Below are positions 49,478 through 61,053 of a stretch of 64,000 nt of DNA, piece by piece. The position numbers and the translations under genes are program-made. The notes under the pieces were generated by a model. The model was not told where the DNA came from, ran no database searches, and saw only the letters and a program-made list of their open reading frames with translations. Location of the stretch: NCBI GenBank assembly GCA_051313645.2, contig JBNRSN020000001.1, positions 397,048,001 through 397,112,000 on the forward strand, written 5' to 3'. This stretch comes from Centroscyllium fabricii. Taxonomy: Eukaryota. The first letter of the stretch is position 1, and every line of letters starts with the position of its first letter.

Positions 49478-49896
49478 AAGTGTGATCGGAAGAGCGGGTA
49501 GTCAAAACTGCCCAACGAATTACCGGTACACAGCTACCGTCAGTGGAAAGCATCTACCTCAAACGCTGCTTACGGAGGTCTATGAACATTATAAAAGACC
49601 CCACACACCCCAGCCACAGTCTGTTCGCCCCTCTGCCCTCCGGGAGACGCTACAGAGCAATTTGCACCCGCACGACTAGATTTCAGAACAGCTTCTTCCC
49701 CAGGGCTGTCAGCCTCCTGAACTCTAAAAAGAAACTCCGGTACCTGCACGCCTGATAATGAACTTTACTGTATGCAATTTATTTATGTAATTTATTTATT
49801 TTGTTTACACTACTCTCGGGAGAGTCGAGTCTTCGTCTCGTTGTATTGTACTAGTACTCTGCAATGACAATAAAACTTGAATTGAATTGAATTGAA
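49478..49896 (+). mobile_element. Rex1/Babar-like LINE 3' fragment
   Basis: IIKDPTHPSHSLFAPLPSGRRYRAICTRTTRFQNSFFPRAVSLLN C-terminal motif; (ttgaa)n tail. Confidence 0.85.
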
Positions 49897-51050
49897 TAAT
49901 CATCCTGATTGGCCTCGTAAGGGATCTTTTTTTACAGTAATATTTACAGTTCATGATTTGTACTAACTTTGGACACTGCCATTTTTCACAGCAGCAGAAA
50001 AAAAAGGAGGCAATGTCATGAATGTTGCCTCAGTCAGAGTTGTGGTTAGTGTGGGAAATTGTATTCCCCGTGCAGATTTATTTAGTACAATCGCCAATGT
50101 CCTGAAAATAGCAAACTTGGGACTTTTTGAGGGTGGGGCAGGGGAGTAATTGAGAGTTGCACTTCTGATGTGACTATTCAGGGTACAGTACTTGCAAGAA
50201 AAGTACCCACCTTTTCTGCAGAGTTTGTTCTCTTGGATAATTTATGTTGCTAATCATTGCCCTCAATTGGAAGGGAGAGGGCTGCAGTTTAAAATGCAGT
50301 TCATGAATAACAGCAAAAATATAGAAATTAAAGGAGAGGCTCATCCTTATTGTCAGCATCTTTCTTTATATTTATTATTTACAAAAGAACAATATTGGAG
50401 ATCAAGGTACTGTATTTTGAATAAAAGTAGTGTCAATGAAAGGAAATCTCAGACAGTAGCGCTTGGGCCTGCAGAAATCAATTGCTACCTTCATTTGCAG
50501 ATGCATAAATATTCTGTTTTGGTATGCAGAGTGAAGTTGCAAAGAAAATGCATTAAACTATTCATGACTAAGCTGAAATATTTATGTGCCTTGTGGAGTC
50601 TGTTTGTTGTTGTTGATATCTATTAATAGAGTTTTGGTTTAGACCTCTCTATTTGCTTTCTGACACAATTGACTAGGTTGTTCTGCTCGGCCAACATTCT
50701 TCATGGAAAATGACTAAGCACAATTCATGCCTGTCTAGTGGGTCATAGGCAGGCCTTATTACAGTGTCTGAGGTCAGTCTGATTACATAATGGGCCATGT
50801 TTTCCTGTGCTCCAGAAGAGCTGCACCCCCACGAAGGGGGGTCAGAAATGCCTCGTGTGGGTGCAGCTCGGGTGATTACCAGAAACGTGAATTTCCTGTG
50901 CTGATGGGCAAGGGGCTTCAGCTTCCTCCCCAGGAAGACCTTGCACTGATGATTTCCTGTAGGCAGCTGCTCAATATACGGGTGTATCACGTGGGGAAGT
51001 CTCTCTTTTGCTGCACATGTAGAAAGCAGTCTTAAGAGGCTGCAGGCAGC

Positions 51051-51367
51051 TTTGAGAAGTGAAATAAACAGGTTTAAAGTTAATTTTTTTTTGATTCCTT
51101 TGGAGATATTTGTCTGTGGTCTTTCAGCTTGTGAATGGGTAGGTTTTTATATTTTTTAGTGAAAGTGAAAAAAAATCGGGATTTCAACGCGATGTCAGCA
51201 GTTGAGAGCCTCAGAGCGGCTGACATCGCGTTGAAATCCCGATTTTTTTTCACTTTCACTAAAAAATATAAAAACCTACCCATTCACAAGCTGAAAGACC
51301 ACAGACAAATATCTCCAAAGGAATCAATTTTTTTTTAACTTTAAACCTGTTTTTTTCACTTCTCAAA
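51051..51367. repeat. Long palindrome: 149-bp arms, 19-bp spacer
   Basis: 51051-51199 is the reverse complement of 51219-51367 except for one substitution and a 7-nt T/A tract. This produces the mirror ORFs 51080-51283 and 51135-51338. Confidence 0.95.
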
Positions 51368-51999
51368 AAAAAAACCCTAACATCAGAAAAGGAAGAAACT
51401 TTAAAAAACCAGCTTCCTAGAAACTGAAAAAAAACTAAAAAAAGGTGCTTCCCTACCTGATATTCTTCATCCCGTTGGCCGAATCTGTGCTTCGTTCGGG
51501 GGTAAAGCCGACCTCAGTGGGCGTGGCTTGCACCCCGGACAAAAAAAAAGACGTCCCCTCCGAACGAAAAAAAAAACCGGCATTTCCCACAGGGAATTGC
51601 CGTCGGAAAAAAAAAAAAATCACGTGCGGGTGCTCGGGAGTGCGCACCAGCGGCAAACGGGCCACAGGAAAACATGGCCCATTGTTGAGCAAGTCCTGGT
51701 GTTATTAGCAGCAGTTATTGCAAGCTTGTGATTTGGGGCGAGAGACCAGCGCGCTGCTGCAGAATTTAAAAGCTGTTGTAGCTTAAAGGGGCCGCGCAAC
51801 CTAGAGCCCCCTGGTTCATAGTTGAAGTAGTGGAAGTGCTTCTACATCAAGTCAGGCAGAGAAGGGAGGCACCATTTGGCATGGAATGATGCAGGCCCAC
51901 AGGGAAGCAGGATGTGTTCAGGGCAGTGAGTGCCAATACAACCACCCACAAATGTCAACTCAATACCAGAAAAGATTGAATGGCCTTCGCAGGGATGGC

Positions 52000-52392
52000 A
52001 ATGTCCACCACGGACGCACCGTGGCTGCAGTGTGTACCATCTATAAGATGCACTGCAGCAACTCACCAAGGCTTCTTCGGCAGCACCTCCCAAACCCGCG
52101 ACCTCTACCACCTAGAAGGACAAGGGCAGCAGGCGCATGGGAACACCACCACCTGCAAATTTCCCTCCAAGTGACACACCATCCTGACTTGGAAGTACAT
52201 CGCCGATCCTTCATCGTCGCTGGGCCAAAATCCTGGAACTCCCTCCCTAGTAGCACTGTGGGAGTACCTTCACCACAAAGACTGCAGCGGTTTAAGGAGG
52301 TGGCTCACCGCCACCTTCTCAAGAGCAATTAGGGATGGGCAATAAATGCTGGCCTTGCCAGTGACGCCCACATCCCAGGAGCTAATAAAAAA
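52000..52392 (+). mobile_element. LINE 3' fragment (CR1/L2/Jockey-group, distinct family)
   Basis: HHGRTVAAVCTIYKMH...RRSFIVAGPKSWNSLP...LQRFK, then gcaataaatgctggcc and an A-rich end. Confidence 0.75.
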
Positions 52393-52998
52393 TGTGTTAA
52401 AGGGCTTGAATTGCTTATCATCAATGCTCATGAGGCAGCATAGTGCTCTTCACATCAACAGCCTTCACCTGGAAGTGTTCTGTCATTCGCAACCTTACAG
52501 GGAATGACCCCACTAAAAGCGTCAATGAAGTATAATTGCTTAGTGTTTGCACATGTTATCACACCCAATTAGGGCTGCGTGATGACAGCTGGGTTTTCCT
52601 GCAACTCAAGGTAACCAAAGACAAATCTCACTTTTTGAATTATTTTTAATGAAGAAGACAGCCCATAATACTGGAAAGAAAATAACAATCCCGAAGCTCT
52701 ACCCTCTTACTCTCTACGAAGAGGAAACGCTGAAGATCCCGGGTAGGGCGGGCGATAGAGACGGGGAAGTAGGAGGACAAGTGACAGCTGCAGGTTGGTG
52801 AAGACATCATGCTTCTCTTCCTTCTATCCTGTTATACCCACATTGATTTTGTGCCTCAGCAATCGAATTCCAACTTCCCTTTCTCTTCTGGCACATCTAG
52901 AGGAAGAAGAAGAATCCAGGCCCGACTGCATCCAACCCTGCAAGCACTTCAGAACACACATACTCACTCTACTCCAGGACTCACAGGTCCTGCATTTA

Positions 52999-53807
52999 AA
53001 GTTCAAGTTCAAGTTTATTGTCACATGTACAGGTACACAATCCCTTATCCGCAACTCCAAAAACCGAAAAGCTCCAAAAACCGAAGTCCAGGGTTGCGGC
53101 AACATAATCATTTTTTTCTTAAATAAATTGAAGCTGCAGCAGAAAAAACACGTTCCTACCCCAATCTCGTGCTGTTGGTGCCGTGCTGAGGAAAAAAACA
53201 GCCGATCCCCCGCTCCAAACGGCCGATCTCCTCCTCCAAACGGCCAATCTCCCCCTGCAAATGGCCGATCTCCCCCTGCAAACGGCCGATCTCCCCCTGC
53301 AAACGGCCGATCTCCCCCTGCAAATGGCAATCTCCCCTGCAAATGGCCAATATGCTGTTCCCCGACTGCGAGCTGTGCAGGGCCACCTGCCACAAACACA
53401 GAAATGCACATGCGATCTGCGCATGCGCACTAGGGCCAACTCTACAAACCGTATTTATCCGAAAACCGAGACCCGCCCGCTCCCGAGGTTTTCGGATAAA
53501 GGGTTGTGTACCTGTACTAAATACAATCTAGACAGTGAAATGCTTATTGTGATCCGAACGCACTGCGCAACAAGGACATTAAGCTGCCCGGCATGCACGG
53601 AGCCCGCAAGACGTCAGCCATTCTCTGGCGCCATCATCGTGTGCGCCGTTCCTGCTCCGGCTACTCAGTTCGATGTTTTCATTCTCTGCCACTCTGTTTA
53701 CTTTGCTCCGCCGCTGCCTCTACCGTTGTTTCTCGTCGCAGATGTGAAGCGGTGTCCGAAGGCCCAGGAGGCTGCCTCTCGGCCCGACACCATACCGGCT
53801 CCCCCGA
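52999..53807 (-). mobile_element. Probable LINE 3' UTR (Rex1-like tail) interrupted by a MITE
   Basis: Minus strand ends tgacaataaa(cttgaa)n, resembling the Rex1 tails at 13495 and 49866. The distal boundary is uncertain. Confidence 0.5.
53030..53514. mobile_element. pogo/Tigger-like MITE with internal 21-bp tandem repeat
   Basis: TIRs caggtacacaaYccYttatccg; TA TSD at 53028-53029 and 53515-53516; unit ggccgatctccccctgcaaac repeated ~7 times at 53200-53350. Confidence 0.87.
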
Positions 53808-54590
53808 TAATAGATTGGGAGATGGGGAAGTGCAGAGAGACCTGGGTGTTCTTGTGCACCAGTCACTGAAGGCGAGCATGCAGGTGCAACAGGCGGTTAA
53901 GAAGGCAAATGGTATGTTGGCCTTCATATCAAGAGGGTTCGAGTATAGGAATAAGGATAACTTACTACAGCTGTACAAGGCACTGGTGAGACCACACCTT
54001 GAGCATTGTGTACAGTTTTGGTCGCCTCATCTGAGGAAGGATGTTCTTGCCATGGAAGGAGTGCAGCGGCGATTCACCAGGCTGATACCTGGAATGGCAG
54101 GAATGACCTACGAGGAGAGATTGTGTAGTTTGTACTCGCTGGAGTTTAGAAGATTGAGAGGGGATCTCATCGAAACATATAAAATTCTGACAGGCCTGGA
54201 CAGGTTAGATTCAGAAAGAATGTTTCCAATGGCGGGGAGTCCAGAACCAGGGGCCACAGTCTAAGGATAAGGGGTAAACCATTTAGGACAGATATGAGGA
54301 AGAATTTCTTCACCCAGAGAGTGGTGAGCCTGTGGAATTCCTTGCCACAGAGGGCAGTGGAGGCCAGTTCATTAAATATATTTAAGAGGGAATTGGATAT
54401 ATTTCTTCAGGCTAAGGGGATTAGGGGTTACGGAGAAAGGGCGGGGACGGGCTACTGAACTTGAAAGATCAGCCATGATCTCAGCCAAAGATCAGCCATG
54501 ATCTCATTGAATGGCGGAGCAGGCTCGAAGGGCCGAATGGCCTACTCCTGCTCCTGACTTCTATGTTTCTATGTTTCTTCTATGTTTCTA
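53808..54590 (+). mobile_element. CR1 3' fragment (young family)
   Basis: VQRDLGVLV...LYKALVRPHLEHCVQFWSP...RLRGDLIETYKIL; (tttctatg)n tail. Confidence 0.93.
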
Positions 54591-57581
54591 TTTCTCCATC
54601 CCCATATGGCCTTGCTGTAATTAAGCAGAGAAGTTCCGTTTGCATCGTTTTTGGTATTATGATTCCTGATCCAGCGAGGAGAACACCATCCTCCACCGAG
54701 ATGCCGTCTCTGATTGTCCAGTATTGTCGGATTTGGTTTTGGACCTGCTAGATCCTCTCCGGCCATCCCTGTATTACCTGTTGCATGAGTAGTTGTAACT
54801 CCTCATCTTTACCAGTCTCCTCTTAGATTTGGCTAAGCTTTGTGGGGGTGACATTTACGAGGTGGTGTATTTTTACTGTCAGGCCCTTCAGCTTGTGTTT
54901 TTCGTGTGCTGATAATCGAGACAATGTATCTGCCAGAACCATTTCTTTTCCTGGCCGATATTTTAACGCGAGGTCGTAACTTTGGAGTCTTAGCAGTAAC
55001 CTTTGCTGTCTTGCTGGGGCCTTGCTTAGATTTTTCTTGTAAATTTGTTCGAGTGGACGATGGTCACTGTCTACCTCAAATTTTCTTCTGTATAAGTAGG
55101 TGTGGAACTTTTCGCATCCGTATACTACTGCCAATAGCTCTCTTTCGATGTTTGCATATCTTGTCTCTGCTGATGTCAATGCCTTCGATGCGAAAGCTAT
55201 TGGTTTTCCTTCCTGTACGAGAGCTGCCCCTAGCCCTCTGGTAGAGGCATCTACCTGTAGGATGACAGGTTTTTTTCTATCGTAATAAGACAGGCTGGTT
55301 TCTTTACATAATAGTTCCTTTAGGTGTTTGAAGTTCCTCTCATGGGATTCTGACCATTGGTATTCAGTGTCTTCTTTTAGTAGTACTCTTAGGTTCGCTG
55401 TGTAGTCTGACATGTTCGGGATGGAAGAGCTCATATACTGGACCAATCCGAGGTAGCTTCTCAGCTCCTTCTTGTCGTTTGGAAGTTTCATCTCTGCTAT
55501 CGCTTCGACCTTTTCGGGATTAGGCTAGATACCCTCTGGTGTGTAGATCATGCCAAAACATTTGCACTTCGTACTTTTAACAATGCACTTCTCGGCGTTT
55601 AGCTTGTTGCCAGCCGTTCTGGTGCGCTCCATGGCCTTGTGTAAGTGTATGTCATGGTCTCTTTCATTTGTTCCGTAAACTTGGATGTCGTCAGCGATTC
55701 CAATGGCTCCTTCACAGCCTCTGTATGCTTCATCGATCTTTTGTTGGAAGATGTCTTGGCTGACTTTCAACCCGAATGGCAGCTGCAGGAATTAATAACG
55801 CCCCAATGGTGTGTTAAAAGTCGTCGGGTTAGTTGATTCTTCGTCCAGTTTTGCGTTCCAGTATCTGTTTCTGGCATCCAGTTTGGAGAAGACTTCGGCT
55901 CTTGCCAGTGCTGGTGTGTGATTTCTTCTAATGTTGGTGTGGGGTAGTGGTCCCGCTTTATTGCCTGGTTTAAGTCCTTGGGGTCCAGACAGATTCTGAG
56001 CCGTCCGTTCTGCTTTTCCCGTACCACAATCGAGTTTACCCAGTCTGTGGGGTCATTGACCTTTGCGATTATCTCTTTCTCTTCCATTTCTTTGAGTTCT
56101 GTGTATAATTTTTCCTTTAGCTCGATGGGTATTTTTCTTGGGGCATGGATGACGGGCTTTACCTCTGGATCTATTGTTATATGGTACTTGAACTCCCCGA
56201 AGCATCCTACTGTGTCGTCAAAACACTCTGGATACATGTCCATCACATGTTTCATGTCCTTGATTTGTGGACGTTTTTCCATTGGGGTGTTGCTGTCGAC
56301 TTTCTGTGATGTTTTTGTTAGTTCGTGGTTTATCGAGATTAACCCCAGCTACACGCAGCTGTTTAATCCCAGGATCGCCGGTCCCTCGGTGTCGGTCACA
56401 TAGAACATGCAGGTGATGTTTCTGCTTTTGTGTGTTCCTTTTAAATAGGTTATTCCGAGTTGTCTGATCTCGCTCCCCCCATACACTGTCAGCGTGATGT
56501 TGTTTGCTTTTAGACATCCTCTTTTCAGGTATCTATCTTTGCCCAAGTTTTCAGGGAAGATGCTCTGGTATATCCTCAGTGGAAGGATGTTGCTCTGAGC
56601 TCCTGTGTCCAACTTTACTTTTAGATTGACAGTTGTGGGCTGTCCTTCGATCCTCTTTCTAATCTGGATGGTAGTGTGCCATTCTTTCCTTGGGGTACTT
56701 GTTTCATGTGAGAGAACCTTTATTATTTCAATGTTCATAGTTTTGTCATACCCGCAGTCTTCATCATCTTGCTCACCCATGGTATGGATTTTGTTTTTCT
56801 TTTGTTGGTTTTGCTGTCCGCCTCTGCTTTTGGTGTGTCGCCCCTCTCTTTTAGCTCTGCACATCTTTTGCCAGTGGTTTGCTTTATCACACGTGTTGCA
56901 TCTTATACCATAAGCTGGGCATTTTCTTCTGTCTGTGTAGTCATGTTGTCTTCCGCAGTTCCTACACGTATTTTTCCCGCTGTCATATACTTGTCTTTTT
57001 GTGTTCTTTTCGCGCACTGCATCTACTCTGTGATCAGGTTCGGGAGTTGTCCGCATGCCAGCTGTATGAGTATTCAGCCTTTTCATCTGTTGTTTTGTGG
57101 CCTCGTGAGCCCTCGCTGCATTTAAAGCTTCTGTTATTCCGAGCTTTTCTTTCCCTATTAGTTCTTTCTGCACTCCTGCATGCGCTGATCCCCATATTAA
57201 TTTGTCTACCAGTCTTTCTTCTAGTTCCGTAAACTTGCATTTGCTTGCTTCGTTTTTTAGTCTCATCAGGAAATCTTCGGCCATTTCATATGGTTCCTGT
57301 CTTATGCTTTGGAATTTATACTTGTGTATGCGGTAATTTGATTTAGGCTCGAGATGGTTACTGAACCTTTCATAAATTTTCATAGGGTTCGTTTTATCCT
57401 CTTCAGATAAACTCCAGCTGTTATAGAGATCTAAGCCTTTTTCTCCCACCCACAGTAGAATGTAGCTGACTTTTTCTTCATCGGCAGAGCTTTTTAAAAA
57501 GCTTTTAAAAGTAAGTTCATATTTTTGCTTAAATTTCCAGAAAGCTTCCACAACATCGGCGGCTTCCCAGTTCATAATGGG
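54591..57581 (-). mobile_element. Ty3/Gypsy (Mag-like) retrotransposon internal fragment: gag-protease-RT-RNaseH-start of integrase; frameshifted, no LTRs
   Basis: Double CCHC knuckle CRNCGRQH...C and CNTCDKANHWQKMC; protease KLDTGAQSN; RT WVNSIVV...LRICLDPKDLN and IADDIQVYG; RNase H VDASTRGLGAAL, YANIERELLAVVYG, DHRPL. Confidence 0.93.
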
Positions 57582-58266
57582 GAGCATGCAGGTGCAGCGG
57601 GCGGTTAAGAAGGCAAATGGTATGTTGGCCTTCATAGCAAAAGGGTTTGAGTACAGGAACAGGGAGGTCTTGCTGCAGTTGTACAGGGCCTTGGTGAGAT
57701 CACAGCCCTGTACTGTGTGCAGTTTTGGTCTCCTTATCTAAGGAAGGACGTTCTTGCCATGGAGGGAGTGCAGAGAAGATTCACCAGGCTGATACCTGGG
57801 ATGGCAGGATTGATGTATGAGGAGAGACTGGGTAGACTGGGTTTGTACTCTCTGGAGTTTAGAAGATTGAGAGGGGATCTCATCGAAGTGTATAAAATTC
57901 TAACTGGTCTGGACAAACTTGATGCAGGAAGAATGGTCCCGATGGTCGGAGAGTCCAGAACCAGGGGTCATAGTCTAAGGTCCATAACTCATTTAGGACA
58001 GAGATGAGGAGGAATTTCTTCACCCAGAGAGTGGTGAACCTGTGGAATTCTCTACCACAGAGGGCGGTGGAGGCTAGTTCATTGAATATATTCAAGAAGG
58101 AGCTGGATGTATTTCTTAAGGCTAGAGCGATCAAGGGATACGGGGAGAAGGCAGGGACAGGGTACTGAGTTTGGATGATCAGCCATGATCTCATTGAATG
58201 GCAGAGCAGGCTCGAGGGGCCAAATGGCCTACTCCTGCTCCTATCTTCTATGTTTCTATGTTTCTA
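57582..58266 (+). mobile_element. CR1 3' fragment (young family)
   Basis: QFWSPYLRKDVLAMEGVQRRFTRLIPGM...SRTRGHSL; (tttctatg)n tail. Confidence 0.93.
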
Positions 58267-58559
58267 TATTCGCGGTAATCAGTACCATTTCAGCCATTGT
58301 AGCTGCCCGTACGATTTGTGGTTAGAACACTGCAGAGATTACTTTTAAATATCTTCACTCTGAGATCATTTTGTTTTGCGTATGTTTTACTCACTTATAC
58401 CACTGCCACCATGTTGTGTCTCCAAGCGCTCATAGTGCTTTGTAAAGATAACTCTGGACTCAGTAGTTTGATTTTGTTATCTTGCTACTTATTACAAATT
58501 GCTGCTGCCTCATGGTGCGGGGTGATACATCCCTTGCCTGTGAGACGGCTGCAGCACTT

Positions 58560-59480
58560 TTTTTCCAGCACGATAGTGCTGCTGTTTGATTTAGGTGTTA
58601 GTACACTTGTATAAAGTAATCCCACAAATAAGTGTGTAACAGATTTCATTCTTGGGGGTCTCCATGTTTGGCAACATTTTACAGCATGTAACGCACCGCC
58701 ACGATCCTTGTGATCCTCATTGAACTGTGCTGTAGAAGATCTCCAGATTGATGTAGGCACCTGAAGTGCGGTTTGCTCTATGGTGACTTTGCTGGATGAA
58801 TGGATCGCGTTGTACTGCTGCTCAGCTGGGGTCCTAGGAGAGCACACTGAGATGGCTTTGGTCTTTGAGATGCCATCCAAAAACTTGCCTTTCTGTTGGT
58901 AAAGAGCAGGTGCACTGCGAACTGCCTTAAAATAAAGCCACGGTGGCAGCTTCAGGGAAGTGCGCGTTCATTTGAATGATAGTGTTGTGATACTCACAAA
59001 GAAGCCGTGTATTGAGAGGGTGGTATCCTTTTCTATTGATATCTCTGGCCATTGATGTAGAGAGCTATGGGCATATTAATGCAGTCTATGACTTCTTGGC
59101 CATTAGGGAATCCTGCCATTCAAAATAATTGCAGTGTCCTGTCATTTTTGTGCTGGTTGCCCTGGGGAAGCTGATGAAATTGTCCTGGAGAACACCACAT
59201 CTGTGACTTGCTTGGTGCAATTGTGCAAAGCTATTCAGCTCACTTACAGATGTCCCAGTGGCAGTTTCGAATCACTCTGTGGCATAGAAGTAAAAGGAAG
59301 TTACAACCTGAACACCTTGTGATGTGCTCCTTTGGAAAGCTAAGCCATCACTGGCACCGCTGTTTGGGCAAATATAGATGGGGCAGCTCTGCTGGTGTAA
59401 CTTGGTGTGGTGTTATTGACAGGTTTGGTGTCATGTGCCTACAATGCAATCTTATTAGGCTGACAACCCTCATTGTGCTG
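58560..59480 (-). pseudogene. Heavily decayed Harbinger transposase
   Basis: PRTPAEQQYNAIHSSSKVTIEQT corresponds to PSNEAEERYNSSHMSTRAIIEQT of the 26.9-28.0 kb copy; other fragments are frameshifted. Confidence 0.62.
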
Positions 59481-59552
59481 CCTCTTCATCTTTAAAAAGA
59501 AAAAAATGGCAAGCCATTGTGCCTTGACTGTAAAGAAATGGGGAGTTGCTGA

Positions 59553-60925
59553 GTCCATTCAATAAGATCTTCGACCTCAACTCCATTTTCCCTCCCGATC
59601 CCCATATCCCTCGATTCCCCTAGAGTCCAAAAATCTATCTCCGCCTTGAATATATTCCATGACGCAGCATCCACATCCTTTTGGGGTAGAGAATTCCAAA
59701 GATTCACAACCTTCTGAGTGAAGAAATTCCTCCTCATCTTGGTCTTACATGGCCGATTCCTTATCTTGAAGCTATGCCCCCTAGTTCTGGACTCTCCAGC
59801 CAGGGGAAATAACCCCTCAGCATCTACCCTGTCTATTCCCCTAAGAATCTTATATGTTTCAATGAGATCACCTCTCATTCTTCAAACTCCAGAGAGTATA
59901 GGCCCAACCTACTCAATCTCTCCTCATAGGATAATCGTCTCATCCCAGGGATCAAGCTGGTGAACCTTTGTTGCACCGCCTCGAAAGCACGTATGTCCTT
60001 TCTCAGCTAAGGACATACAAACTGTGCACAATACTTCAATATCTCAATATCTCACCAAAGCCCTGTACAATTGTAGTAAGACTTCCTTACTCTTGTACTT
60101 AAACCCCCTTGCAATAAATGCCAACATGCCATTTGCCTTCCTAATTGCCTGCTAACTTTTTGTGTTTCCTGTGCGAGGACACCTAAATCTCTCTGACCAC
60201 CAACATTTAAAAGTTTCTCACCATTTAAAAAATATTCTGTTTTCTATTCTTCCTACCAAAGTGAATAACCTCACATTTCCCCACATTATACTCCATCTGC
60301 CAACTTATTGCCCATTCACTTATTCTGTCTGTATCCCTATGCATGCTCTTTGTGTCCTCCTCACAACTTACTTTCCCACCTAACTTTGTATCGTCAGCAA
60401 ACGTGGATAAATTGCACTCGGTCCCTTTATCTAAGTCATTAATATAGATTGTAAATAACTTGAGGCCCCAACACAGATCCTTGCAACACCCCACCAGGTT
60501 ACAGCCTGCCAACTGGATAATGATCCGTTTATCCCTACTCTTCTGTCCGTTAACCAATCCTCTATCCATGTTAATACATTACCTCCAGCCTCAGTGTAAT
60601 AACCTTTTATGTGGCACCTTATCGAATGCCTTTTGGAAATCCAAATATACTGTATCTGCTGGTTTCCCTTTATCTACCCTGCTAGTTACATCCTCAAAAA
60701 ACTCTAATAAATTTGTTGAACACAGTTTCCCCTTCATAAAACCATGTTGACTCTGCCTAATTATATTATGACTTTCTAAGCGTGCTGTTACCACTTCCTT
60801 CATAATGAATTCCAGCATTTTCCCGACGACTGATGTCAGGCTAACTGGCCTGTAGTTCCCTGTTTTCTCTCTCCCTCCTTTCTTGAATAGCTGTGTTACA
60901 TTTACTACCTTCCAATCCACTGAGA
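59553..60925 (-). mobile_element. CR1 RT and 3' fragment
   Basis: LFKKGGREKTGNYRPVSLTSVVGK, YLDFQKAFDKVPH, FADDTKLGG, RGDLIETYKIL. Confidence 0.93.
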
Positions 60926-60929
60926 CCAT

Positions 60930-61053
60930 GATCTGCCCGAATATCTCCTTAACTGGCTCGGCATCAAATTATGTTTGGTATCACTCCTATGAAGTGCCTT
61001 GGGACATTTTACTATGTTAAAAGCGCAATATAAATACAAGTTGTTGTTGTTGT
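60930..61053 (+). mobile_element. L2 3' tail fragment
   Basis: tataaatacaag(ttg)n, as at 11355-11374. Confidence 0.7.

Noticed and set aside
12501-49896. MITE plus Rex1 tail occurring together at ~13 kb and ~48-50 kb, suggesting a segmental duplication
   Set aside because: The MITEs are inverted while the Rex1 tails are co-oriented, the TSDs differ and the flanks are unrelated.
51080-51338. Two near-identical 67-aa ORFs on opposite strands
   Set aside because: A consequence of the DNA palindrome; no coding signal.
52795-53439. Coiled-coil-like (LQGEIGR)n and (SPPANGR)n ORFs
   Set aside because: They come from the 21-bp tandem repeat inside a TA-flanked MITE.
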